Virus record (IMG/VR): IMGVR_UViG_3300020390_000002
Coordinates: 1-64,000 of that record
Length of the DNA: 64,000 nucleotides
Reading direction: 5' to 3' (one strand)
Origin: a virus
Positions 18,677 to 27,876 of this stretch are shown one piece after another. Both the position numbers and the translations under genes were made by a program. Below the pieces are notes generated by a model. That model was not told where the DNA came from. It saw only the letters and a list, made by a program, of their open reading frames with translations, and made no database searches. Every line of letters begins with the position of its first letter. The first letter of the stretch is position 1.

Positions 18677-18886
18677 CTTTACGCTACCGATCGCACGTCG
18701 CTATGCTGGGCACGTGGGCGCCTTCCTTCCTTCGCATCCCTCGAACCAGGTGGCGCTCACGCCTTGCCAGCGGGGCGCCGCCAGGCGCCCCTGCTGGTCT
18801 TCTCGGCGGTCTGCGCTATCCCTGTACGGCCTGGGTCGAGATCGCGTTCCCTGACCCTCTTCCCGCTCGGATTTTCGGGCAATAGA

Positions 18887-19043
18887 CCCCTACCCCTCGA
18901 CCCCGTCACCCCTAGACCCTCAGCGAGTACGTTCTACGGGCTCAGGGCTGGGTGCTGGGGCGTGGGCGTGGGCGGTGGTGCAAGGCTGTGGGTGCTGGGG
19001 GCTGGGTGCTGGGGGCTGGGTGCTGGGTGCTGGGTGCTGGGGG
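18887..19043. repeat. C-run tract followed by (GCTGGGT/GCTGGGGG)n G-run repeat
   Basis: CCCC runs at 18887-18919; more than 10 GGG runs at 18945-19043. Confidence 0.9.
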
Positions 19044-19099
19044 CGTGCCTGTGCAAGGCTTGTCTCCGGGGTCCGCCGCTCCTGTGCAAGGCTGGTCTC
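18978..19099 (+). repeat. Three direct repeats with core GTGCAAGGCT
   Basis: 18978-18987, 19048-19066, 19081-19099; last two are CCTGTGCAAGGCT(T/G)GTCTC. Confidence 0.85.
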
Positions 19100-19241
19100 A
19101 CCCCTGGAAAAATACGGCGGCTGGGCGTAGCGATAGATGTATGCTACATCTAAGACTTTGCTTGTATGCTACACACAGTCATCCATCTGTATGTAGCGCG
19201 CATTCATGTGCTTGTGTGTTACATGCAGGAATGCAGTGCAC

Positions 19242-19275
19242 AAAAAAAGCGCGCTAGTCGTGAGACTAGCACGCT
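19242..19275 (-). terminator. Rho-independent terminator
   Basis: AGCGTGCTAGTC-TCAC-GACTAGCGCGC followed by T7 on minus strand. Confidence 0.85.
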
Positions 19276-19293
19276 GTGTGCTGCGCTCTACTA

Positions 19294-19560
19294 CTAGAGC
19301 GCTTCTAGTTCGAGCATGAGCATCTTGTGTGCACGGATCGCGCGCTGAGCGCGCTGGATCGCGTCCATGCTCATGCGATGCGTGCGCTTGTTCATGTAGC
19401 GAATCGAGCGCTTGCATGCGTCGATGAACGCGCGATCATCTGCGCGTCGCGATTCGCTGGATCGATTCGCGGAAAGCTTCAGATAAACGCGCATCGCGTC
19501 CACGTCCGCGCTATCGAATGCTTTATGTATTGCTTGCGGATTCATGCTGATTAGTTTCAT
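19294..19560 (-). CDS. Hypothetical basic protein with no Gly
   Basis: 88 aa; own promoter and terminator. Confidence 0.7.
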   Translation of the reverse strand: MKLISMNPQAIHKAFDSADVDAMRVYLKLSANRSSESRRADDRAFIDACKRSIRYMNKRTHRMSMDAIQRAQRAIRAHKMLMLELEAL

Positions 19561-19601
19561 TGTGCTGATTGTTTTAGTGTCATGCGATATTGCACGATTT
19601 A

Positions 19602-19638
19602 ATATTAGCACACTGTTTATGCTTGTGCGCATCTTGGC
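19602..19638 (-). promoter_or_regulatory. Promoter of the 88-aa gene
   Basis: GCC...TGnTAATAT; shares G(C/T)GCACAAGC...AGTGTG with the promoter at 20315-20342. Confidence 0.65.
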
Positions 19639-19653
19639 AAACTTTTTTTGCAC

Positions 19654-19682
19654 AAAAAAGCGCGCTCAAATGAGCGCGCTTT
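19654..19682 (-). terminator. Rho-independent terminator
   Basis: AGCGCGCTCA/TGAGCGCGCT hairpin plus T-run. Confidence 0.85.
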
Positions 19683-19698
19683 GTGACTCAGCGCTGAT

Positions 19699-20268
19699 TT
19701 ACTTATACAGCGCGACTAGAGCGACGATGAACGGATGCTTTCTGTCGAGCGTCCACGTGCGACGCTTCGCGTCTTTGTCCGTTTTCTGTTCCGTGACGCA
19801 TCCGAGCAGCTTCAGCATATTCATAAAGTAGATCGCTTGCGTGTCCGTCACGTGATTCATCTGCGCTTGAATCTCGCGATTGCTGAACGTTTTCTGACTA
19901 TGCTTCGCTTTGATATAGTGCAGTGCAGCGTCTGCTGCGTTGTCCTTCACGCTCGCGAGCGTCGCATTGACAGACAACGCTGTCATCATGCTTGTGAAGC
20001 GCTTCAGAAACTCGCGTGATTGACGCGCGACATGCGTCGGATTGATCGCGAAAGTCTCCATTGTCGCGAGCGCTTCATCGCTGCACTTTTCCATGCGTGC
20101 GATATACTGAGCATGCGTATCCGCAGTCTTTGCGAGCGCGTTGTCCTCCGGAGTCTGGAGCGCTGCATGCTTGTCGCGCGTCGCTTCGAACTCAGCGCGG
20201 ACACTTGCGAATGCTTCGCGAGCGTTCGAGACAAAAACGTTCGTGCTGTTGTTGTTCGTGCTATCCAT
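19699..20268 (-). CDS. Hypothetical protein, paralog of 30794-31357, putative C-terminal wHTH
   Basis: AAGGAAG RBS; shared ED..L.....THA, P..V...SREF.KR and H.T.TQA.Y......LG.V motifs. Confidence 0.8.
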   Translation of the reverse strand: MDSTNNNSTNVFVSNAREAFASVRAEFEATRDKHAALQTPEDNALAKTADTHAQYIARMEKCSDEALATMETFAINPTHVARQSREFLKRFTSMMTALSVNATLASVKDNAADAALHYIKAKHSQKTFSNREIQAQMNHVTDTQAIYFMNMLKLLGCVTEQKTDKDAKRRTWTLDRKHPFIVALVALYK

Positions 20269-20754
20269 GATCGTGCTTCCTTTGTAGTGTGCGTGGATGC
20301 TTTCCACAATTCAAACTATACACACTTTTTGCGCTTGTGCACGTTTTTCTGAAAAATATTTTGCATTGTTTTCTATCGTCGTTCGAAAAACGATAGTGCA
20401 AAACTATCGCTGTTCTATTCCTTCAAACACGCGCGAGCGCGCGCGAGTAGCACACTTTTCAAGATAGTGTCAATTTATTTTTGTAAATATTTTTCTTGCA
20501 CAATCCTGCAAAGCATGATCCAGATTCCTGCGCGCGTGCTCATAGTCCGCGCGCGGCGTCAACGATCGGCAGTGATTTATTTTCGCTGCGTGATACAGCG
20601 ATTTTCGTGTAGGATGCACGCATAATAGTTGTACTATACATGCACAATAGCTGCACTATGCAGACGATTTTCGGCGGCACGGCGGATGGCACGGCCTGGC
20701 GTGCGGCGAACGGCAGGCGCCGCGGCACGGCCCTTGGCCACAGCGCCGCGGGCA

Positions 20755-20780
20755 TGATCTGAGCCGCCTTATACCTATGG
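20755..20780 (+). repeat. 26-bp repeat, copy 1 (copy 2 at 22698-22723)
   Basis: TGATCTGAGCCGCCTTATA(C/T)CTATGG. Confidence 0.85.
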
Positions 20781-20911
20781 GCCGCCGCGGTGCCATAGGG
20801 GCCGCCTTATATGTATAGGCCGAGCCGATCCCTATAGGGGCCGCGGCAAGCCATAGGGCCGCGGCTGGGACGGCGACAAAAGAACGCTGCGGGGCGCGCA
20901 GCGTCCTGGGG

Positions 20912-21196
20912 TTATGGGTGCATGAACTCCTTGAACACGCGATCCAGAAAAGCGTGCGCTGCGCGCTCCTCATTGTCGTCCTGGTCGTCGGTGAGCGCGT
21001 CCTGAATCATCGGGGTCGCGATCAGCGAAACGAATCGCGCTTCCGCTTCGCTGCGCGTCCGACATGGCCGCGTCTGATGCAGCGCGCCATCTCTGTGACA
21101 GTCCACGCGGAATTGCGTCTGTCCGTCCTGAGACTGCTCGATCAGCATGATCGATTCGCTCGATTCGGTGAATTGCGCAATGATGTTTTCACTCAT
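20912..21196 (-). CDS. Hypothetical acidic protein
   Basis: Own promoter (21239-21275) and hairpin near 20885-20904. Confidence 0.7.
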   Translation of the reverse strand: MSENIIAQFTESSESIMLIEQSQDGQTQFRVDCHRDGALHQTRPCRTRSEAEARFVSLIATPMIQDALTDDQDDNEERAAHAFLDRVFKEFMHP

Positions 21197-21288
21197 GGGT
21201 TTTCTCGTTGTGCGTCAGTCCTAGCGCTGACGTAGATCATTATCGAATCCAGCACACGGCACTCCAACGATCGGCGATCATTCACCAC

Positions 21289-21350
21289 ACACGCGCGTGG
21301 CCGGGGTTAGGCGAACCGTACACGCGCGTGGCCGGGGTTAGGCGAACCGT
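21289..21350 (+). repeat. Perfect 2x31-bp tandem repeat
   Basis: ACACGCGCGTGGCCGGGGTTAGGCGAACCGT twice, then 10-bp GCCRTGGGTC repeats to 21380. Confidence 0.95.
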
Positions 21351-21651
21351 GTTGCCATGGGTCGCCGTGGGTCGCCGTGGCTAGGACACAACACAAAAGC
21401 GCAGCGGTGATCCGCTGCGCTCAATCGCTAGACTCCGATGCGTGTCAGTTCGATCAATCGCATGAGCGCTCGCTATCTGCGCGCTATGCTCGCGGCTCAA
21501 TGCGATTCGTGCCTTGGGCAGTTCAACCACATGGACTTGAGAAACGCTGAAGCCAGTCTTTTGGCAGGGTTGGTGCCGGGCCATCAGATTAGCGAAATAC
21601 GGATTTGCACCAACTGTCAGTCGAGGCTTGCGCATTAGGCTTTGAGTTGAA

Positions 21652-21993
21652 TCAACAAAACTCATAGCGCGCTCGGAATCTACCGTATGGACCGTCCCAC
21701 CATTGATCGACTGCATCTTCGTCTTCTGGCCATCCGCGCATATAGTCGCGATCAGGGTCACCAAACGCCTCAATAATCAGCAGCCCCATCGGGCCGTTCG
21801 GATCGGTGTAGTTGCTGTAATCGGGGTGCACATAACCCGGCCGGTTAGGGTCTTCCCCTTCAAATTCCGCGTCGCATCCACGCCACGGCTCGCAAATCTT
21901 GTCGAGCAGGTATAGCGCCTTTTGATCTGTCCGCATTTCTAAAGCCATCTCTGTGGCTTTGCCCATTGCTAGACCTGCCGTGTGATTTCCCAT
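21652..21993 (-). CDS. Hypothetical protein
   Basis: GGAG RBS; MGNHTAGLAMG. Confidence 0.65.
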   Translation of the reverse strand: MGNHTAGLAMGKATEMALEMRTDQKALYLLDKICEPWRGCDAEFEGEDPNRPGYVHPDYSNYTDPNGPMGLLIIEAFGDPDRDYMRGWPEDEDAVDQWWDGPYGRFRARYEFC

Positions 21994-22048
21994 TTCAAAC
22001 TCCTTTTTTGAGAGTGCATTCCACACTCAGCCAGATCTCTCTTAATGC

Positions 22049-22357
22049 TCATTCCCACACGCTTTTCCGAATAGCCCCTGCGTCGAAGTCTGCATAGAGC
22101 GCGACGTGCGTGAATTCGCGCAGTTCGACGTCGAGCGCGAGCAGTTCGACAGAGAACTGTCCGTTGATGATGCCAACGAATGGATCGCTGAGCGCTCCGT
22201 GGTCGTAACTGAACGCTTTGTCTTCGCTGTCTTCGCTGATCGTGAAAGATTGCGTTGCGTCCTTGAGCGTGTCCGTGATCTGCGCATAGATGCTGTCGTT
22301 GAATGCGCTGTAGTGCTCGATGATGCTTTTGTCGCGTGCTGTGTTTTGTGTGTTCAT
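22049..22357 (-). CDS. Hypothetical acidic protein (GGB-poor gene)
   Basis: Promoter and operator at 22398-22434. Confidence 0.7.
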   Translation of the reverse strand: MNTQNTARDKSIIEHYSAFNDSIYAQITDTLKDATQSFTISEDSEDKAFSYDHGALSDPFVGIINGQFSVELLALDVELREFTHVALYADFDAGAIRKSVWE

Positions 22358-22792
22358 AGCTCTTTTCGTTGTTATCAGCGATTGTGCTGACAACTGAATA
22401 ATAGCTCAGCGCTGACTTAATGCACAGCAACGGCGAAAATTATTTTCGATTCACCAGGAGCGTGCAGTCGTATCCAGCCATGGCTGTGTCCAGCGTGCCG
22501 CGGCAGCACGGCACTTCGACACACGGCACGCGGCACTTTTGCTTCCCCGAAACAGTCGAAAACGGCTGTATTGGCACAAAACAGCCATGGGGAGCGAGCC
22601 ATGGCTGCCCGGTCGTCATGGGGAGTAAGCCATGGTCAGCCATGGCGTGCCGCACCCGTATCTGCCATGGCGACCCGGTCGCCACGGGGCTCGGTCTTGA
22701 TCTGAGCCGCCTTATATCTATGGCCGTGGTGAAACGCCAAGGCGGCTGCCTTATATAAATAGGCCCCGTCGTTCACCAACGGGGCCTGGGGC

Positions 22793-23158
22793 TTATTCGA
22801 TGGGCTCGAGGCGGTCGTCGAGACCGAAGGCTTGGCGAGCTTTTTCGAGCGCCTGACGGCGAATCTGGAGATGCTGTGCCATTTGCTCGTCGGTCATGCC
22901 GTAACTACCAATGATCAGCGCCTGCTTGTCCAGCATCAGCACCGCGCACTCCAGGGCTGCCCGCAGATCCACCAGGCTGATCTCCTGCCCGTTGAACTTG
23001 ATCTGGGCATGATCGTCGATCGGCTGCTTGACCAGGCGTCTGAAGTCTGCGCCCCAGGCTTGAACGTCATCGTAATCGGGATCGTCCGGCAGACCGTCGA
23101 AGGCGATCTCGTCGGCAGCAGCAAGGCTGATCTGGAGCTTCTGGGCTTGTTCGTTCAT
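22793..23158 (-). CDS. Hypothetical protein
   Basis: AGGA RBS; hairpin at 22761-22787. Confidence 0.65.
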   Translation of the reverse strand: MNEQAQKLQISLAAADEIAFDGLPDDPDYDDVQAWGADFRRLVKQPIDDHAQIKFNGQEISLVDLRAALECAVLMLDKQALIIGSYGMTDEQMAQHLQIRRQALEKARQAFGLDDRLEPIE

Positions 23159-23281
23159 GGCAGTGTCCTGTTGAGTCGTCGCTGTTTGCGACAGTTCTAT
23201 TGTTGTGCAGGCTCCGCGGCACGCAAACACTCGGGGCACGGCTTATGCGCGTGCCCCTGTGGCCGGGAATCGAGGAACCGT

Positions 23282-23470
23282 CTAGGTGGTGATCTCCTTG
23301 AGCAGGCGGCGCAGGGCAACGATCGCGGCATCCTCTCGGTGGCGCACAATCGGACCCAGGTCGCCAATCATGCGTCGGTGCGCGACCAGCTTCGCCTTGT
23401 GGTGGGCAATCCGCTCTTCGATCTCATTCACGATCTCGTCCGCGGTGAGCGTGGCTTTGGGGCTGCTCAT
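23282..23470 (-). CDS. Hypothetical protein
   Basis: Coupled to upstream gene. Confidence 0.55.
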   Translation of the reverse strand: MSSPKATLTADEIVNEIEERIAHHKAKLVAHRRMIGDLGPIVRHREDAAIVALRRLLKEITT

Positions 23471-24075
23471 GCGTCCCCCGTCAGCACAGCCAGGGCGCGC
23501 TTCTCGTCACTGTTGAGGGTGCTCCAACCCATGATCCGGCGACCGATCTCACGGGCCTCTACCACGCTCATGGGGTCGGGGTCGAAATCCTGGGCGACCA
23601 GGTAGCGCCCCTCGATCCTGATCGCCTCGTAAGCCGCATGAGAGGCGGTCTCCGGGATCATCGGGCGCAGGCGACCGAAGAGCGACTTGGACAGCTCGCC
23701 CCGTGCATGCCCGAGCAGCCCCGTGATCAGCGCCAGCTCCTTGAGCGTCAGCTGCACGGTGTAGTCCGTCGGCACGGTCTGCGGGGCGTCATCGACTGCC
23801 CGGCGGGCCTCGATCAGGGCGTGCCAGGCATCGGTGTCGCCGGCGTGGCTAAAAATGCGCGAGTTGAAGCCGTGATCGACCGCTTGCCCCTGATACAGCG
23901 CCAGGGCACGAAGTCCCTTGTGGTAGTTGCCGTAAAGCTGACCCAGAACGCAGCGGCTTTCGTCTCTCTGGTCCAGTGCCTCCAGGTCGATCTTGTGCCA
24001 CCAGCCGGGCTTCTTCTTGTCGAGCAGGTCCGCGCCATCGAGGATGCGCGGGTCGATGTTCTGGTCGTCTTTCAT
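23467..24075 (-). CDS. Hypothetical protein
   Basis: GAGG RBS; GADLLD...PGW...CVLGQLYG. Confidence 0.7.
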   Translation of the reverse strand: MKDDQNIDPRILDGADLLDKKKPGWWHKIDLEALDQRDESRCVLGQLYGNYHKGLRALALYQGQAVDHGFNSRIFSHAGDTDAWHALIEARRAVDDAPQTVPTDYTVQLTLKELALITGLLGHARGELSKSLFGRLRPMIPETASHAAYEAIRIEGRYLVAQDFDPDPMSVVEAREIGRRIMGWSTLNSDEKRALAVLTGDA

Positions 24076-24544
24076 GTATTCGTCCTCGTTTTGGAGATTC
24101 CATTATTTGTCAGGCTTCCTGGCGCATAAACACTCGGCAGCAGGCGTTTTCTCAAGCCCCGAAAAATCCGACCCGGGGAAAAAGACGCTCGAAGGCGCAG
24201 ATAACTGCCGTGGCGTCCCCGCCGCGGCTTTATCCCACAAGGCATCCGCCGCGGTCGTACAACAAAGCCCGTGGTTCGATCCCGTGGGGCGCCTGCCGTG
24301 GCAGTTCCTTCACCGTTGCCGTTGCTTTCAACGCCGTCTGCCGTGCGATAAGATGAATCGAGCGTATTTGGACCCTGACCGAGCGCTCGCCACCCTGCCC
24401 CGTCCATCCCCGCCTCGAGCCACCCTTTGATAACCCTGGCCGTATCCCTTTGACCCGTGGCCCCGTATCCCGTGGGGTTGCCGCGGCGCTCTATCCACAA
24501 AAGACAGGCCCGGCATGGTGTCCGGGCCTGTGGCGCTATACGTT

Positions 24545-24769
24545 CTAGTGCCCGGAGTAGAAAGCGGACACGCCGTCCTGAAGCTGGTGGCGCGCGGACT
24601 GGGCACGCAGGGCATTGCGCTGAGCGCGGAATGCACGGCCATTGGTGCGTTCGGCAGTGCGCGCGGTCTGACGCACGGGGCTGGTGGTCAGGCGCTGAGC
24701 CCGTGCCGGTGCCTGCTCGGAGATGAACTGCATGATCTGGTCGTTGGCGCTGGGGGTCTTGTTCTTCAT
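24545..24769 (-). CDS. Hypothetical basic protein
   Basis: AAGGA RBS; promoter TTGCGC-N17-CATAAT and operator upstream. Confidence 0.6.
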   Translation of the reverse strand: MKNKTPSANDQIMQFISEQAPARAQRLTTSPVRQTARTAERTNGRAFRAQRNALRAQSARHQLQDGVSAFYSGH

Positions 24770-25462
24770 GGCTTGGTCCTTTGGAGTTAAGTCAGTGCTG
24801 AGTGAAGTTTGATTATGCAGAAGGCGAATCAGGCGCGCAAGCGCTGGGAGCGGGGTTTTTGCCCAAGGGTTTCCGGGGCGCCGGAAATATATGCCGTGGC
24901 AGCACGCTGTAACCTAGCGGCACGGTCCTTTCCCCTTCACCCAGCGCTAAGCCCCACGACCCTAGCCCTATGCGCCAAGCGTTAGGAACCTACACTCAGC
25001 GCTGAGCAATCCGGGGACGGTCTCCTTTATGCCTGTACTCGAGGGACCTATGGCCTATGGGGGAGTAACCGTGTCTGTTTGTGCTATGGGAGTGACGCGC
25101 TGAGAGCGTCTCTAAGACACGGGAGTGCTTATCCTGTATGCGTGTACGTCTCTATGGACGATCGCAGCGGGAAGGAGCGCTGGATGCGCTGGAATGACGT
25201 GGTTCGTGGATGCTATATCGCTGTTTGCATCGCGCATAGGTCAGAGCGTGCTGCTTTGCGTATCGATCCGGGGGTTTGTCAACGATCCGGGCCTGGGCTT
25301 TCTGTGTGTCTTTCGCTTGGCGTTTGCGGGATTTTGTGCGTTGACGGGTGGTTGGGTTTTGTGGCGCTTGTTTGCGGGTTCGCGTGATCTGGATTTGACC
25401 GGGATTCAATCGTTTAGCATTTTGCGGTTATAACGTGCGGTATAAGGCTGGGGCTGTGGGGG

Positions 25463-26286
25463 TCAACTCGGGTCATACGGGGCTTCGATCAGCAGCAGCG
25501 CGGGGCTACGGGGTTTGGCCTGGAGCTGGCGCAGTTCGCGGTTGTAGCGCTCGATCCGGTCGCGGATTTCGCGATGGCGGTGGCGAAGGATTTCAGCCTG
25601 GGCGAGGTCGAGGGTGGTGCGCATGATGATACCGCGGTGGGTTGCCGCTGCATCATAGCGAAAGCGGGCTACGGTGTCTTGATGGCCGGGAAGGCAACCA
25701 TGAAGTGATCGCGACTGATCCAGCCGCGATTGAGTAGCCAGACCTGGAACGGGTGGTCGCTCATGACCTGACCCGCCGGCCGAGCGGCTGGTATCGCTGG
25801 TCGAGGACGGCGCCGGCGATCGTGATACAGATGATGCCGCCGATCTCGCGCAGCCCGATGGGTTGCCAGTCGATCAGCATGCCGATGCCGATGATGAACA
25901 GGGCGTAGCCGCCGATCGTGAGCAGCATGGTGCGCATCAGTAGTCGCCGTCCTCGTAGATGGCCTCGATCAGCTCGGTCAGCTGCGTGCGCAGGGCCGCC
26001 CAGTCGACGCCGGTGTATTGCTCGCTGGCGTTGCCGCCCTGCTGGAGGACCAGATATACGGTTGTGGTGCTCATGCGCCTGGCCCTTCGATAAACGCAGG
26101 GCACTGCTCGTGCTTTCCGAACGGACGGCGCTGGCACAGCAGCTCGCCGTCGTCTGTCTCGTAGAGCGCGACCGGGTGACCCTGGGCGAACTCGTTGATC
26201 GAGACGCGGCGGTTCAGGTGCGCGGCGTCGGTCGCGCTGTGCGGCACGATCTCGATGTCGTCGGTGAAGAATTTGATGGGCTTCAT
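25463..26286 (-). CDS. Run of small hypothetical ORFs: 25463-25624, 25761-25937 (membrane), 25937-26074, 26071-26286
   Basis: Coupled start/stop codons downstream of promoter 26317-26353. Confidence 0.5.
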
Positions 26287-26320
26287 GTGCTGAGTCCGTG
26301 TTGTTTTCGAGATTCCAGTA

Positions 26321-26692
26321 TCAGTCCGGGTCCGCGGGGCTTCCAGCAACGGCGCGCGGCTTGACGAAGAGCACCTGCGCGAACCCCTGCATGCGAAACT
26401 CGCTCAGGTCGATACCGAGCGCCTTGGATTCCAGCTCACCCGGCCAGAAGCCGCTCCAGCGCGAGAAGGCGGGGTCGTGATCCTCGCAGGCACACTGCAG
26501 CCGCTGATCGCCACAGGAGGAGCACCGCTCAATGTCGCAGCCGTCTTGATGCGGTTGGCCGGCGGACACGCCGCAGTCGTAGCAGTTCGGGAGCTCGGTG
26601 CCCTGCTCTTCCTCGCACAGGCATTCCGATTCGTATTCGCCGCAGAACTCGCAGTGGTTCTCGACGTAGGAACCGTCGTATTCGCCGCTCAT
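26321..26692 (-). CDS. Cys-rich zinc-binding hypothetical protein
   Basis: Multiple CxxC; CYDCGV..GQPH..GCDIERC. Confidence 0.7.
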   Translation of the reverse strand: MSGEYDGSYVENHCEFCGEYESECLCEEEQGTELPNCYDCGVSAGQPHQDGCDIERCSSCGDQRLQCACEDHDPAFSRWSGFWPGELESKALGIDLSEFRMQGFAQVLFVKPRAVAGSPADPD

Positions 26693-26880
26693 GGGTCGAT
26701 TCCGATTTCGTGGCCCAGCGGCACGATCACTTCGTTTTCGACGCAGCGCTCGGCTTCCGCCTCTTCTTTCGAGCGAAACTTCCGAGCCCGCGCGACGTTG
26801 TTGGTGTAGCTGCTTTTGGAACCAGGCTCGGCGACATAGCCGCCGCCCTGATCAGTGCGCTTGAGAACGTAGTGGCTCAT
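26689..26880 (-). CDS. Hypothetical protein
   Basis: GGAG RBS; [10 protein letters not shown]. Confidence 0.6.
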   Translation of the reverse strand: MSHYVLKRTDQGGGYVAEPGSKSSYTNNVARARKFRSKEEAEAERCVENEVIVPLGHEIGIDP

Positions 26881-26964
26881 CAATATCTCCGAAATTTGTC
26901 GCGCCGCAACGTGCGCGAGCGGGTGTCTGTGTCCGACGATGGCGATACACTTGTCGCTCACCGC

Positions 26965-27180
26965 TTACTCCGTCAGGTCCAGCCGGCGTTCGATCCGGTC
27001 GATACGACGTGCCATTGCGCGCATCGCTTCGCGATCGTCACCGGCGCCCGCATAGATGTGGCCTACGGTGTGCTCGATCGACGAGAGCCGCGTTTCGATC
27101 CGGTCCAAACGGTTCGCCGCATCCTGCTGATCGGCACGGATCGCCTTGAGGTGTTCGAGTATCAGATTGTCGTCAGCCAT
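26965..27180 (-). CDS. Small coiled-coil protein
   Basis: GAGG RBS; NLILEHLKAIRA...RIERRLDL. Confidence 0.65.
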   Translation of the reverse strand: MADDNLILEHLKAIRADQQDAANRLDRIETRLSSIEHTVGHIYAGAGDDREAMRAMARRIDRIERRLDLTE

Positions 27181-27206
27181 GAACGTGTCCTCGTGTTGTC
27201 CATGTC

Positions 27207-27425
27207 TTATTGTCGAACAGACTCCGCGGCGAATCGAGTGTCGGGCAGATAGAACTTCGTATCGCCATGTCGTTTCCCGTCCACAGCCTTTCCGCACACG
27301 CGCCCATCCGGCAGCTTGTAAAGCGACACGTAAGGGAAGTTGCCGGTCGGGTAAGGCGTCACGTTCTGTGGCCCGATCTCGCGGTAGAACTCGTCCTTGG
27401 TGACTTCGCGCCACTGATCGCTCAT
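27207..27425 (-). CDS. Hypothetical protein
   Basis: Coupled ORF. Confidence 0.6.
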   Translation of the reverse strand: MSDQWREVTKDEFYREIGPQNVTPYPTGNFPYVSLYKLPDGRVCGKAVDGKRHGDTKFYLPDTRFAAESVRQ

Positions 27426-27847
27426 GAGTTGCCTCCGGAAGCGGCGATGACCTGCTCGAAGTCGTCGCGGGTGATGAGGGTGCTCGGGTCCGCCAGGTCC
27501 ACCGGCTTGGAGATGAACATGCCGTTCGCCTTTGCATGCTGGGTGGTCATCGTGCCGCTGTAGAACTCGGCTATGCAGAAGCTCTCGATGCCGTCGTTCG
27601 TGCGCCAGCGCATCGGCGGCAACACATTGAGCGCGTAGTCGAAGCGCTCCTCGTTACTGGCTACCGCCGGACCCAGGAAGGCGTCGCGCTCCCACTGCGT
27701 CTTGAACGCCAGATACTCGTCCCATTCCATGAGCACGGGCTCGACGTATTCGGGATTGGCGCGATACTTCACGGGGATCTGGTCGTCGAGCACGACGGTC
27801 AGGATCGAGCCGCGGAAGTTGCCCTTGTCGATTACTACCTTCTCCAT
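27422..27847 (-). CDS. Hypothetical protein
   Basis: EERFDYALNVLPPMRW motif. Confidence 0.7.
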   Translation of the reverse strand: MEKVVIDKGNFRGSILTVVLDDQIPVKYRANPEYVEPVLMEWDEYLAFKTQWERDAFLGPAVASNEERFDYALNVLPPMRWRTNDGIESFCIAEFYSGTMTTQHAKANGMFISKPVDLADPSTLITRDDFEQVIAASGGNS

Positions 27848-27876
27848 TGCAGTCCCTTGTTATTGCTGTAGTTTTA

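Larger units (their letters stand above)
19128..20554. other. Block nearly free of GG[CGT]/[ACG]CC
   Basis: By-eye scan: about 35 GG/CC sites, all GGA/TCC, plus a single GGC at 19636. Confidence 0.95.

Noticed and set aside
18764-19257. ORFs 18764-19153 and 18952-19257
   Set aside because: Translations of the G-run repeat (GAGCW repeats) with no RBS.
19128-20554. Foreign low-GC insertion as explanation for the odd composition
   Set aside because: The block carries the phage's own operator (19684), promoter motif and a paralog of resident genes, and the depletion is context-specific because GGA is allowed.
21289-21350. 31-bp repeats as a CRISPR array
   Set aside because: Two directly adjacent copies with no spacer and no cas genes.
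21381-21640. ORF 21381-21773
   Set aside because: Overlaps a better gene and runs through a terminator hairpin; coding status unsupported.
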